A program made the translations under genes and the position numbers. From positions 2,542,001 to 2,606,000 of the forward strand of contig NC_043020.1 in NCBI RefSeq assembly GCF_006345805.1: 64,000 nt of DNA, read 5' to 3'. Position 1 is the first letter of the stretch, and every line of letters starts with the position of its first letter. The notes beneath the pieces are model-generated. The model saw only the letters and a program-made list of their open reading frames with translations. It was not told the DNA's origin and did not search any database. The DNA comes from Octopus sinensis (lineage: Eukaryota). Below are positions 36,183 through 49,350 of this stretch, in pieces.

Positions 36183-36360
36183 CAATTGTTTCACTTCAAA
36201 CCCAATTTAAATTAGAAAACATATATAATGATATAAGTTTGCATTTTAAGCATCCTGGGTGAAAGATTTTCAGGGCAAAATGAAGATCTTACACCCAGGC
36301 TACTCAGAATGCAAACTTATACGTTGTGTAATTCAAACTGGATACAAAGTGAAACAATCA
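36183..36360. mobile_element. Fold-back MITE with TA flanks
   Basis: Arms pair over most of their length (ATTGTTTCACTT/AAGTGAAACAAT ends; central 41-bp stem with 4 mismatches and 8-nt loop at 36232-36321); TA at 36181-36182 and 36361-36362. Confidence 0.65.
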
Positions 36361-36865
36361 TAAGGAACGTTAAATAATTAAGAAATTAATTTATATCCAT
36401 TTTCAAACTTAATAATAATATTTGATGTTTTATAATATATTTATTGAAGAAATACCTCTTCAAAATATAATATATTAAACCAGGGTATCATGGATAAAAA
36501 TATCTTAATAAGAGGTTTAAATATCCTCATAGTGAATGGGTGTGTGTGTGTGTGTATTCCAAGGGATGGTATGTTCAAAGTAGCTATGTCTGGTCACTTA
36601 GGATGAAGTATTCAAAGATAAGTTTGAAAGGAAATAAACATTGTATCCATAATTGTTGATCCGACGAAATACATTTTGTGAGTCAAATAATTATGGATTA
36701 AATATTTATACATAGATACATACAAATATAAACTGTAATAATGAAGTCAAACCAAATAGTGATATTTTGAAATCATTTAATACACACATTTCGTATATAT
36801 AAAATAGGAAATGCCTCCATTATGTTAGACCTTCCTCAGTTAAAACAGTTCAAAATATAAACTGC

Positions 36866-36927
<62 letters not shown>

Positions 36928-38789
36928 TATAGATAATAAAGTAAATTTCAAATGCAGGATAGGTGTAAAAACAGCCTAGGAAATTAGTTAATCAACTTTC
37001 TAGGCTGTTTTTACACCTATCCCATGTCCAAAATATACTTTCTTCTCTGTAAAATACCAATCCACACAATGCATCTAAGTTGGTTTATAAAAAAATGTTC
37101 TCGTGTGTATGTGTGTGTGTGTATGTGTGCATGTGCACGTGTGTATGTGTGTGTGTGTGTGCAGTTCATATGCAGCACTGACAACCAACTAAAAGGCTGG
37201 TAAATAATTATGGACTAAATTACTATTTTCTTCTGAAGATCTGGCATTTCAATGTGATTATGCAATTGTTTACATAATAATTACTGCACAACATACAAGC
37301 ATTCGCTACTGAAACACATGTAAAGATCATGTAATCTATGAAGTAAAAATAAAGAGATTAACTAAATCTCCTGTTTTATTCTTCTCTCGGATATATAAAT
37401 AAGTTACATTTACAATGAATTTAAAAGAAATTGTGCAAACAATACAAAGATCAATGTATCTTATCAATAAAATTATATGATTTTAGACATAGCCCCACAT
37501 CCTTATATAAAATAAAAGTAGTTAATGAAAACATAGGATCAATACATAAATTTCATCTCTGTCAGTGTTTCTGAAATTCCAATTTATCCATTAACCATTT
37601 CTGGTTCAAAATTTCTGTTGAAACAAATTGACTCCATCTCAATTAATTTTCAAAATAACAAAGAATCTATTTAAATAAATTAGTTGTTATTAAGCAATGT
37701 AAAATTTTGAAAGAGGGTTTTAATCTACATTAGTGGTTCTGAACCAGGGTCAATAAAACCCCTGAGGGAGCATGTAAAACTTTTGGGGTCCATAATGACA
37801 AAATAGTAAATTGGGAATCCGCAGGTAGTATTTTAGGGGTCCATGAAAATTTTTGCTTTACATGTATTTAACATAGGGTTATTTTCTCTAGGGTTTTAGC
37901 TAGGGTTCAACCAATGCAAGTGAATAACAAGAGGAATTTTGCAAAACAAGAATCTTTTATTTGTTTCAGTCTGAGTTCAAATTCTGCCAAGGTTGACTTT
38001 GCTTTCATACTTTCGAGATCAATAAATTAAGTACCAGTGATGTATTGGGATCAACTTACCTCCTCCCCACAAATTTATGTGGCACTAGCACCAGTGCTTT
38101 TATATGGTAGCAGCATCAGTGCTTTTTAGGTGGCACTTTGTTTTTATGAAATCAATTCTGTTGTGGTGCAAGGGTCTTCTTGAGTTCAGCAATGCACCAC
38201 ACATCTCAGCCATGGGAATCTGAATTCACTTGCCTTTTGTCAATCAAGACCAAATCCAGAAATCACTTCAATTCACAAACAAACCTATTGACCACAATCT
38301 ACCAGAAAGTTCCATGTTCTCATAAAGTCATGAATAAGAAGCAGAAACAAAGAACTCACTGAATTCTAGGTTCACAATTCTGATTCATTCAACTGTTTAC
38401 AGTTTCAAGAGTGTTTTTTTTTTTTTAATTATTCAATTTACATTTCTTTTTTATGCACCAAGTCGAAAACAAATTTGTTTAGTCTGTTCATCCGCAGTAA
38501 AAATAGTTATTAGAAAATTAGCTTTTTTCATCTTCAAATGTTATACAGTGTGAAAATTAATCAAATATTTCCAAGAGGAGTGGAGCACAGAAACGGTTGG
38601 GAACCATCAGTGTAGACAGCTCACAGACACAGGGAGGCTAATTTTCCTTTCAAAAAGTCGTGAATGCCGTACAGTTTCATATGGTTACCTTTGCCCTGCA
38701 GGTTCCTCTCAATAAATTGGAAACCTTGGAATTAATTGTCATTTTTTTTTCATTTATCATATAACGTCTGCTTTCTATGCTGGCATGGG

Positions 38790-39018
38790 TTGGACGATTT
38801 GCTGAATCGTTAGCAAGCTGGATGAAATGCTTAGCAGTATTTTGCCCATCACTGCATTGAGTTCAAATTTGGCCAAGGTTGACTTTACCTTTCATCCTTT
38901 TGAGGTTGATAAATTAAGTACCAGTGAAATACTGGGATTGATGTGATCAACTAGTCCCCTCCCCGCAAAACTTCAGGCCTTGTACCTTTAAGGATTATCA
39001 CTATCGTTATTATTATAA

Positions 39019-39071
<53 letters not shown>

Positions 39072-39300
39072 GAAAGTGTCAAGCTGGCAGAATCATTAGC
39101 ATGCCAGGCAAAATGCCTTGTGGCATTTCGTCAGTCCATCTTCACGTTCCAAGTTCAAATTCTGCCAAGGTCAACATTGCCTCTCATCCTTTCAGGATTG
39201 AGAAATTAAGTACCAGTTGAGAACTAGGGTCGATATAATCAACTTACACCTTCCTCAAAAATTTCTGGCCTTGTGCCAAAATTTGAAACCATTATTACTA
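38790..39300 (+). mobile_element. Two tandem SINE family B copies
   Basis: Family B head, B box and (ATT)n tails; other copies at 1731-1975, 45900-46060 (minus) and 48725-48910. Confidence 0.75.
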
Positions 39301-40903
39301 TTAACATCATCATCAACAAGGCAGCCAGATGCCTTCCCTGTTGCCAACCTTCACTTGTTTCCAAGCAAAACACATTTTCTGTGGAAGATTGGGAACAAAA
39401 GACGCCACTTGCATGATGATGACAGCAATTTTACAAGAAGAAGACACTTGCCCAAGGTGCCATGCAGTGGGATTGAGCAAGTTTCTCAACTGTACAGACA
39501 CACCTACAACTTATTTATGTTCCAAATAACAGCTTAGTGATGACAAAATTATTTTAATAAATTCTTTGTTATTTTCCTAATTAATTGAAACGAAAGCAAT
39601 GTATTTCAACAGGAATATGGTAACAGAAGGGTTAATCCAGTCATGATTTGCAAGCGTGTAGGACGTGGTAACATGTACCGTGGTTTTCCTAATTGTTTAA
39701 CCTGCCTGTCTAGTCATGAGCAGAGCCACTTAGGCCCTTCACCCATAACCCTTGATCCAGCAGAAAACAAACATATGATGTAGCCCCCTGGAGAGGGAGA
39801 AGGCTACCCTAGCACCTAAATGGCACTCACTAAGGCTGAATAGACTAGAGCAATTGGAAAAGAAAGTGCATTTCTCACGGAACTGAATTCACAAAATTAT
39901 CACAGACTCTCCTATTTTAAATGACAGATGGGAAAGCTTCCGCTTCCACCATTTCTTGCTGAGCAATCTGCAGGAATACTTTGCTTATTGTGATCAAAAG
40001 CTTCGTGCTGTATATCAACCCACTCCCTCCATCAAATTGACGCTACCTGCAAAGGTGGACGGTGTGCCACACATCAAGTGTCAAAGTGACCACAGAGCAA
40101 GAATGCCCTTCATTGCCCAGTCAAAACCAGGTCATGTGAGGGTGAGTGCAACACCCCTCCACAACACTCTGACCACGAACCAGACGGTCAAACCATAAGG
40201 CCAAGTGGCTCCACAGCTTAATTCATCTGAGACAATAACGAGAAAGGGTCTAGTAGACGTGGGGGCTAAATCTAGTTTAATGCATCACTGATTAGAGATC
40301 AAACCCTGCCAGGGGGGATCAATCACCATTAGTGTTATAGAAATTATATACTAGTGTGGAATCAATCAACTAAGAGGCATACGCAATCACCAACCCTACC
40401 AAACACCACACCACACACACCCATGCTTTTGTAAAGTCATGATCAGTACTTTGGATATAACCACCAACACTAACTTCATCGAGTCACCATCAATCACCAC
40501 CACCATCAATCACTACCACCATCACTACCATCAGTCACCACCAACATTACCACTGCTGTGAATGCGCCTACCAACATTAGTACTATTACTACAATGATCA
40601 CCATCACCAACAATAACCTGACCATGACCACCACCACTACTACTATCACCAGTACCAACAATAAGCCACCATCATCGTCATCACAACAACAACAATTACC
40701 AACATCAGCATCACCATCACAACCACCACCATTATCACCACCACTACCACAATTACTAAAAACCAACTTCACCATCACAACCACCACCATCACAACCTCC
40801 ATCACCACCAACATCACAACCACCACCACCACCAACAAGAACAGCATCACCACCTCTACCACACCCTCAAAGCCATCTCTGTTCATATAACCATATACAT
40901 AAT

Positions 40904-40941
<38 letters not shown>

Positions 40942-42242
40942 CCATATCGACAAGGAAGATTTACACGAAATATGAGGGGTTTTTTACCAGTTATTTTTTT
41001 TTGTATTTTTCTTCATTTGCTGTTTTTGGTAATGTTTTTCTTTCTCTTAACACCATCAAACTTTAGAGCTTTATTATGTCTATTATATAGACAATTTGTG
41101 TGTCTATATACGCGCAGGTAAATGTACATATATAGATATATAATATACATGTAAGATGATATATATACATTATATATAAATGTATGTGAATGTGTGTGTA
41201 TGACTAAGTAAATATACGTATACAAATATAAATTTAATATAGATGTGAATTTATATATGTATATATAAGCATATTGGTCAGGGTGTGTATGTGTGTGTGT
41301 TTATAGACATGTGTATAGGTGTGCATATATATATATATATGTGTGTGTGTGTATGTGTGTGTGTGTATGCATAAGCATACAATATACACACACACAAACA
41401 CATGCACATACATATATATACATATATATAGATATACATACACATACATAATATGTATATACACACATATATATATGAATGTGCAAGTGTATAAAATTAT
41501 ACATACATATATACAAACATACATATATATATATACATGTATATATACATGCATATATATATGTATATACATATACATACATATATATACATATGTATAT
41601 ATATACATATATATATAAACATATTTATATATATATGTATATATATACATATATACATATATATATGCATAAATACACATATATATACATATAAATACAT
41701 ATGTATACATATATATACATATGTACACATATATACACATATATACACACATATATACATATACACATACATATATACATACATATATACATATATATAT
41801 ATATACATATATATAAATACATATATATATACATACGTATATACATATACGCATATATACATATATACATACATACATATATACATATATATATATACAT
41901 ATATACACACACACACACACACACTTACACATATATAAACACTTCTCTAGAGTTAGCATTATATACTTTTCCTTAAAAAAAATCACCTCAAAATACATTT
42001 ACATTTTCAGTCTTGTCTTTCTCCCTCTCTCTCTCCTCTCTCTCTCCCTCTCTCTCTCCTCCCCTCCCTATTCTGTCCAGACTGAAGTTTCAACTGTTTA
42101 TTAAGCAATAATGAGCAAATCAAAGCCTTTTTTTATACTAAACATACATACACACATACATTCATGCATACATACATGTACACACATAATCATACATATA
42201 ACAGGCACACACAAAAATCATCTCACATAGACACACACACGC

Positions 42243-42295
<53 letters not shown>

Positions 42296-43129
42296 CAACA
42301 ATAAAAATAATAATAACAATAATAATAATAATAATAATAATAATCATAATTCAATGAAAAGATTAACTGATGTCTTTCTCTGCATTATGTAATCAATGGA
42401 AGAATGAAAATCTGAGAAACATCACAAAAAATTTTTAAAAAAAAGATACACAAATACAGGAACAAGTGTGTATTTGTGTGTGCAAGTGAATGTGTATGTC
42501 TGCATGTGTATGCATGTGTCTATATACGTATGTATGTATGTATGTGTGGGTTTATATACATGTACATATACATATAAATACAGCTATATGTTCCACATAT
42601 ATCATCACACACATATACATACATATTCATATATGTGTGTGTCTGTGTGTCCATATATATATATACACACACACACATAAAGAGAGAGAGAAAGAGAGAA
42701 TGGATAAGATAAGAGAAGTGGAGAGAATATATTTTCATTCCATTCATTTACAATTGTTTCACAGTGTTGTTACTTATATAACAGATATTGCATCAATATT
42801 TGCACGTATGTAAAATATACATATTTATACATATATACACCCTTATATATAAGTGTGCTGAAAAATTTAACGAACTGGTTAATCTTCACAAAAAATTTGA
42901 CCGTAGTTGAAAACTCTACTAAGCATGTAGGTGAATAAATACGTATGTGCTTGTAGTGGTTTATATATGAATGTATGTATGTGTCTGTGGGCATTCACAT
43001 GTGTATGTGTATGTTGGTACCATGTCAATGCTCCTGAAACAGCACCTGTATCTTTCAAAGTCAATAGTGCATGAAATTCAAGCAACTGAAACCCTCCTAG
43101 AGTTTTAACCCTCTCAGATCTGGACCCCT

Positions 43130-43490
43130 GTGTCTTACAAACAAAACTTTGAGCACCTTTTCACCCTTGGACATGTTTACAAAGTCAGAAAACAGCATAG
43201 CTCCTTCCATGACTTCCGGAAACATTTTTTCACGCTGAGAGTTGCTGAAGCATGGAAAAGACTGCCGTCATCAGTTGTTGGAGCACTGCATCCTTCAAAA
43301 CTTCCTTGCTTCCTGAGAATCACCAACACTACACCTGATTTTCTCCCCTCCATACACACGCAAGCATGTATCTGACTCATACACTGTTCGCTTCCCAGAC
43401 ATTTGTACATTACTGCATATGCTTTATACGCACTTTTGACAAGTTGTGGTGCACCGGAGCACTGTATACAATAATTTCATTATTATTTTT
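43130..43490 (+). mobile_element. CR1-clade LINE 3' end (ORF2 C-terminus and tail)
   Basis: Peptide GHVYKVRKQHSSFHDFRKHFFTLRVAEAWKRLPSSVV matches the CR1 ORF2 C-terminal signature (GH..K.......RK.FF..RV...WN.LP..VV), followed by a 3'UTR and (ATT)n tail. Confidence 0.8.
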
Positions 43491-44218
43491 TTTTCTTTAC
43501 CTGGGCAAAGAAATAAATAGTTGCATACACAACTTAAAGAGTAAAGATTGCAGGCAAGCTAATAAGGGTCAAAATCGGTTGCATCTTCTTTTGCTATGCA
43601 TGTTCTTCATTTCTGCTTTACTGGGAACCTGGCAGGGAATACATCTAACGTGTTCCCACTATAGTAAGAATATGGTGTGACAGGGTCAACCCACTGAAAT
43701 ATGTACTCTAGAGCAAAAAAAATAAATAGTTGTGTATACAGGTCAAGAGTAATGATTAGAGGCAAACTAATAGACAGAATCAGGAAAAAAATTCATGAGA
43801 ATAATAATAATAATAATAGGCCTATCTCCCAACTACCGGCTTTGTCCACCTGAATTGCTCCTTATCTTATCCCTTTCACCTGTCTGATTGTCCGAATCAC
43901 CCTTGTTACTGGTATAAGTGTAAACCCTTTGTCTGAAGAAGAAATCAATAATTTCCTCAACTGCAAAGAGTCTGGGCCTTCTTCTTTTACAAAACAAAGT
44001 GGTGGATTCATCAAATACACATTCCATCACAAAATTGGCAGGGGTGGGTAATTAAAAACAAAAGTAAACATCTCTGGGGGACATCATTAACAATGAGTCA
44101 CAAACACACTTCACTACAAAGCTGAAATGTGATTGGTCGTCTATTTTTAGCATTCTACTTTCTTTTTCTATGTTGCTTATTACCACTTCTGTGAGAATCT
44201 GGCAAAGAGGATGTTTAA

Positions 44219-44434
44219 CCCTTTCGTTACCGTATTCATTTTGAGATGCTCCGTGTTTCTTTCAATTAATTTTAAATCTAACAAAGGATTTAGTAAAATA
44301 ACTTTGTTATCAATAAGCTAGTGTTAGGAACATTAATTGTGACAAAGGTTTGGTGGAAGACTTTAATTCAAAACTTATGAAAACTAGACATTTGTACTAC
44401 AGAGCCAGTTTCAGCCGGGTTGGTAATGAAAGGG
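44219..44434. mobile_element. piggyBac-type MITE (second family)
   Basis: TTAA|CCCTTTCGTTACC ... GGTAATGAAAGGG|TCAA, TIR 12/13 identical; partial relatives near 39510-39635 and 53060-53250. Confidence 0.75.
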
Positions 44435-45701
44435 TCAACCTATTCCCGCTATAGCAGGAACAGGGCATGACAAGGTTAAGCCGCACATTGTCCTTTTCTT
44501 TTCTTTTTTTTCTCCATATTTTCCATTTTATTTTATTTATTTGCTTGCTTTATTTTATTTCCTTTCACCATATTGCCTCATTCATTTAAATACTACACAA
44601 TGGTCAACCTATCTTTCTATAAAAACAAAAATAAATCTATTTTAGTAAGCTTATCTTCTTTAGAATCCATTTCTTTAAAAAACATTTTTTTTTATTTACA
44701 TTTATATTTCTTCTGATTCTTTGACTTTTTTTTAGTTCCTTTTTATATCTTTCTTTATTTTTTTTTATCTCCTGCTTCTCCTGAATCTGCACTCATCATC
44801 AGACATGGCATCCTTCAAGCAAACCCCCTATAGTAAACCGGTTGATATACATTGGATCAGCTTGCTTTCTCTAGTGGAGTTCATGTTTGGAACTACCATA
44901 TATCATTCTGAAGATCAGTTCGTTAATTAAATTCTTCAGCACACTTGTACATATGGGTGTAAACATACATTTTTATGTCTATTTTACGTACATATGAATG
45001 AGAATATAATCTCTATTATATAGCTAACAACATCATGAAACAACTGTAAACAAATGCAACAAACATGTATTCTCTCACCTCACATCTCTTGTCTGTTCTA
45101 CTTATATATACACTCTCCACCATTGTAATTCCTGATTTTTCAAAAACAACACTACGGTTTATCCAAACCTTAACCACGATTAATCTTGTTAGCTATTCAA
45201 TTTGCAGAGAGCTTAATGCAAGCTCCATTTAAAACTTTAAATCTCTAAATTACTGTATATATATATATATATATACATATATACACACACACACACATAT
45301 GTGTGTGTGTGTGTGTGTGTGTATGTATATATATGTGTGTATATGTAAAAAAATACAAACTGGGACAAGAACGCAAAACATTTAGAAGACGATACAAAAA
45401 AACACGGACGGGACATTCGAAGCCTTCAATCTTCAGTCAAGAACCGGATCATCCTCGCAATTTCGGGTATGCCAATCATGGGTGGCCTGTGGGACAAAAG
45501 CATCACTTAAATTTCTTTAGCAGTGCTGCCCACCTCCCCATGACCCACGCTTCATGTCACCAATTCTTGCTAAAAGTTGCCATCACTGATTTACACACAC
45601 ATATATTAATTTTTATATACATACTTTATATATATATATAAACATATGTATATATATATAAACATATGTATATATGTGTAATATATATATATATATTCAT
45701 A

Positions 45702-45818
45702 CATTGGAGATGTAGTCTAGGTAGGTTTTGATAACACAACTTACGTCTCCAAGCAATCTTCAGTTGCTTGGAGGCACAAGTCATCTTATTAAAACCTACC
45801 TGGACTGCATCTCCAGTG
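45702..45818. mobile_element. Small palindromic Tc1/mariner-type MITE
   Basis: TA|CATTGGAGATG...CATCTCCAGTG|TA; ~55-bp arms around a 7-nt loop, mismatches mostly transitions. Confidence 0.7.
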
Positions 45819-46619
45819 TATGAAACTACTAGCTTGTATTTTTATACTGTGTTTTAAATGATAGATCATCGTCGTCATCACGAGTGGATTTGGTAGACTG
45901 AAACTGCTGGCCTTGTGCCAAAAATTTGAAACCACTCAGTCTAAGGCAGTGATCTGGCAGAACCATTAGCACAGCAGGCAAAATGCTCAGTGGCAGTTCG
46001 CCATCTTTATGTTCTGAGTTCAAATTCCACCAAGGTCAACTCTGCCTTTCGTCCTTTCAGGGTCGATTAAATAAGTACCAGTTGAGCACTGGGGTCAATG
46101 TAATTAACTAGCACCCACCCACCCTAAAATTGCTGGGCTGGTGCCAAACTATGAACCCAATATAGAAATATATATGCGTGTGTGTGTTTAAATACAAATG
46201 CTCACCTGTAAAAAATATACACCAACATACACTGTGCAGTCATATTACACAGATCATCATCATCATCATTGTTTTATGATGATGGTGATGATGATGATGA
46301 TGAAAGACCATAAATTAAAACAGACAAAAAAACATTAACAAACATCTTAATACTGGGACCATAGCAACAGTTTGGAGAATTGGGAGGGGAGGGAAATGAC
46401 AAATGGGGGAAGGAGTACAGTGGGTATGGAGTGTGTGCAGGACCTTACTGAAAATGGCCAACCACAAAAGAAACCCCTACAAAGATTGGGGGGGGGTTCT
46501 CCTTGCCAAAAAAACATTTTTTTTTAAATTCATAAATTAGTAAAAAATAAATTTAATGTAATTAAAACATGCTTAGCTTCCTCAGAAGATGTTAACAGTG
46601 AGTGGATATGGATATATCG

Positions 46620-47150
46620 AAGTGTGTGTGTGTGTATATATATATTAAAAAGAGAGACAGAGATAGGGGCATGTACATAAATGTATAGACACACGTATAC
46701 ATATATATATATATATATATATACATATACATACATATATATACATATATGTACATATACATACATATATATACATATACATATATATATATATACATAT
46801 ACATATATATATATATACATACACATACATATATAGACACATACACACACATATATAGACACATACACACACATATATAGACACATACACACACATATAT
46901 AGACACATACACACACATATATAGACACATACACACACATATATAGACACATACACACACATATATAGACACATACACACACATATATAGACACATACAC
47001 ATACATATATAGACACATACACACACATATATAGACACATACACACACACACACATATTTTCTCAATACCCTTGATTATAATATCTTTATAATTATATGT
47101 GTATGTGTGTATATATATATATATATACATACAGAGAGAGAGAGAGAGAT
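46620..47150 (+). repeat. TA/CA microsatellite with a 24-bp higher-order unit
   Basis: ACATATATAGACACATACACACAC repeated about nine times. Confidence 0.85.
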
Positions 47151-47779
47151 GGATGGATGTGTGTTTGTGTATTGATTAATATCAGGTGAATGATGTACGG
47201 ACAGGTGATGTAGAAAATTTTGGTTTTTGTTTTTGTTTTTTTTAATGCAAACAAAAGGTGAAAGTTTGTCTCACAACTTGAGTTTCATATCAAGAGAGAC
47301 CATTACTACTGGATTTCGTTACAAGAGAGGAGGAATAAAGCAGAGGAAGAATGGAAAGAAAAAAAAAAAAGAAGAAAAAAAAACTGTGGTCTGTGAGGAA
47401 TCTCAAGGGCTCAAAATTTTAATTTAAACAAAAAAAAAATTTTTTAAATGACTGGACATCCACCCTCCCCCCATCGCCTCTACAAATATACAAAGTAGAT
47501 ACTTTATTACCATGGAAACATAATCTACATTTACAAGAGGTGACGGAACATGGGGGGGGAGCAATCACGGAGAGGCTTGTAGAGTTTTGCAAATACATAA
47601 AACATGGTTGGTCTTAAAAAAAGGCGGAACTTACCGAAACACCGAACGTTATCAGTAAAGACACTAATGTGGTCATTGAACTTGCTAGAAAAAGCAGCTT
47701 CGTATCACTGAAATCACAACCTACTGTTTTGGGAAAAGAAATATATATTGGACGATTGTGACACTGATATGATATGTCC

Positions 47780-48510
47780 GAAAATAAACAGGATGGTCAC
47801 AGCTGGAACAATTTTGAACAAATGATCTAAGGTGACCTGGGGCTAAACAGTACCATCATCATCATCACCATACGAACACTATTAACTACCAATACAATCA
47901 ACACCTGTAAAACAGTCAAATCTTCGTTAAATTATATTCTGTTGTCTTATAAAAGGTAAGACACTTTGGATAATGTAGTCCAAAGAATACTCTGTTTGAA
48001 AAACAAATGAGAAAATGTGATGGTCATGGTTGGAATACCACTGATCATGTCTGGTTGGTCGTGGGTCACCTGCGGCTGAACAACTACACTAACATTATCA
48101 AACCTCTTTTGAATATCACTGTTACCTTTAAAATGAAAAGCCACATTGGATAATGTGATCAGAGACATACTGTGTATGATAACAATAAAAGAAAACATGC
48201 GATGAGAAGGTCATGTTAGGACTATTGATCACGGTTCTTGATCAAGGTTGACCCAGTGTTAAATACCAAAAAAAAAAAACAACATCAAGAATACTGTCAA
48301 CACTATGAACAACAACAGCACCAACATAGCAGCCAAACTTCCCTCAAATTGCACATTATCATCTTTAAAACAGGAAGGACACATTGCATAATGTCCTCCT
48401 AGATACACTTATGCTTCAAAAAAACTAAAAAAAACAAATGGTTAGAATTACAACATTTTTGATCACAGGTCTATTTGACCAGGGCTGACCTGGGGCTAAT
48501 CACAACAACT
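47780..48510 (+). repeat. Tandem stack of four degenerate copies of a dispersed repeat (family D)
   Basis: Recurring ACACATTGGATAATGT..., GATGGTCATGG.TGGAA and TGACCTGGGGCTAA.CAAC motifs every ~200-230 bp; relatives at ~8300-8520 (minus) and ~35900-36075. Confidence 0.6.
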
Positions 48511-49109
48511 TATATGTCAACAAATAACAAACTAAAGTACATGTTCTTACATCGACATGTGCCCTACAGGTTTTGCTCCTAACCCCCGTTAAGTTACCCC
48601 ACAATCCTAAACTGGAGCCACCAACTACCAGCTGTTATTATTCGTGTCTGACCCAGTCCAACACCAAACTATGTTCCACTAACAAAGACAATATTCATTT
48701 ATTAATATAATTAGTCCGTGTACAGTGGTCAAGCTGACAGAATCGGACAAAATGCTTAGCAACATTTTGTCTGTCCTTATGGTCTAAGTTCAAATCGTGC
48801 CAAGGTTGACTTTGCCTTCCATCCTTTCAGGGATCAATAAAATAAGTACCAGTTGAATGCTTATTGCCTCCCCTAAAACTTGCTGGCCTTGTGCCAAAAT
48901 TTGAAATCAATATAATTAGTCTGTGTGAAAACTACCCTTGGTGATCCAATTGTCCTTTATGAGACAATGACACGCAATGATACGCAAAATATTCGGTCAA
49001 AATAATTTTTTAAAAAAGTTGAACAAATCAAGAAAAAAGAAAGAAGGTGCCAAGAGGACATCAACAACAATGTCTCCTTCAAGCTGTCTTCCATTTTTAT
49101 AACAGGTTA

Positions 49110-49350
49110 TCTACAATGCAAGATGCATTTTGCCCTCAACACAAAATATATGAAACCCCAACAACACAAGAAATATTACACTTCAATACAAGATGCATTA
49201 TGCCCTCAATACAAGTCACATTGTCCCCTCAACACAAGACACATTGTCCCCTCAACACAAGACACATTGTCCCCTCAACACAAGACACATTGTCCCCTCA
49301 ACACAAGACACATTGTCCCCTCAACACAAGACACATTGTCCCCTCGAAAC
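49110..49350 (+). repeat. 23-bp minisatellite ACATTGTCCCCTCAACACAAGAC
   Basis: Five perfect copies from 49218 plus a partial sixth; degenerate copies upstream. Confidence 0.9.

Noticed and set aside
45400-45445. CTGAAGA...CGAA motif on the minus strand (and CTGAGGA...CGAA at ~3330-3365) as hammerheads
   Set aside because: The base after GAA is T rather than A, and neither helix III nor helix I can be formed; the resemblance is limited to the two core strings.
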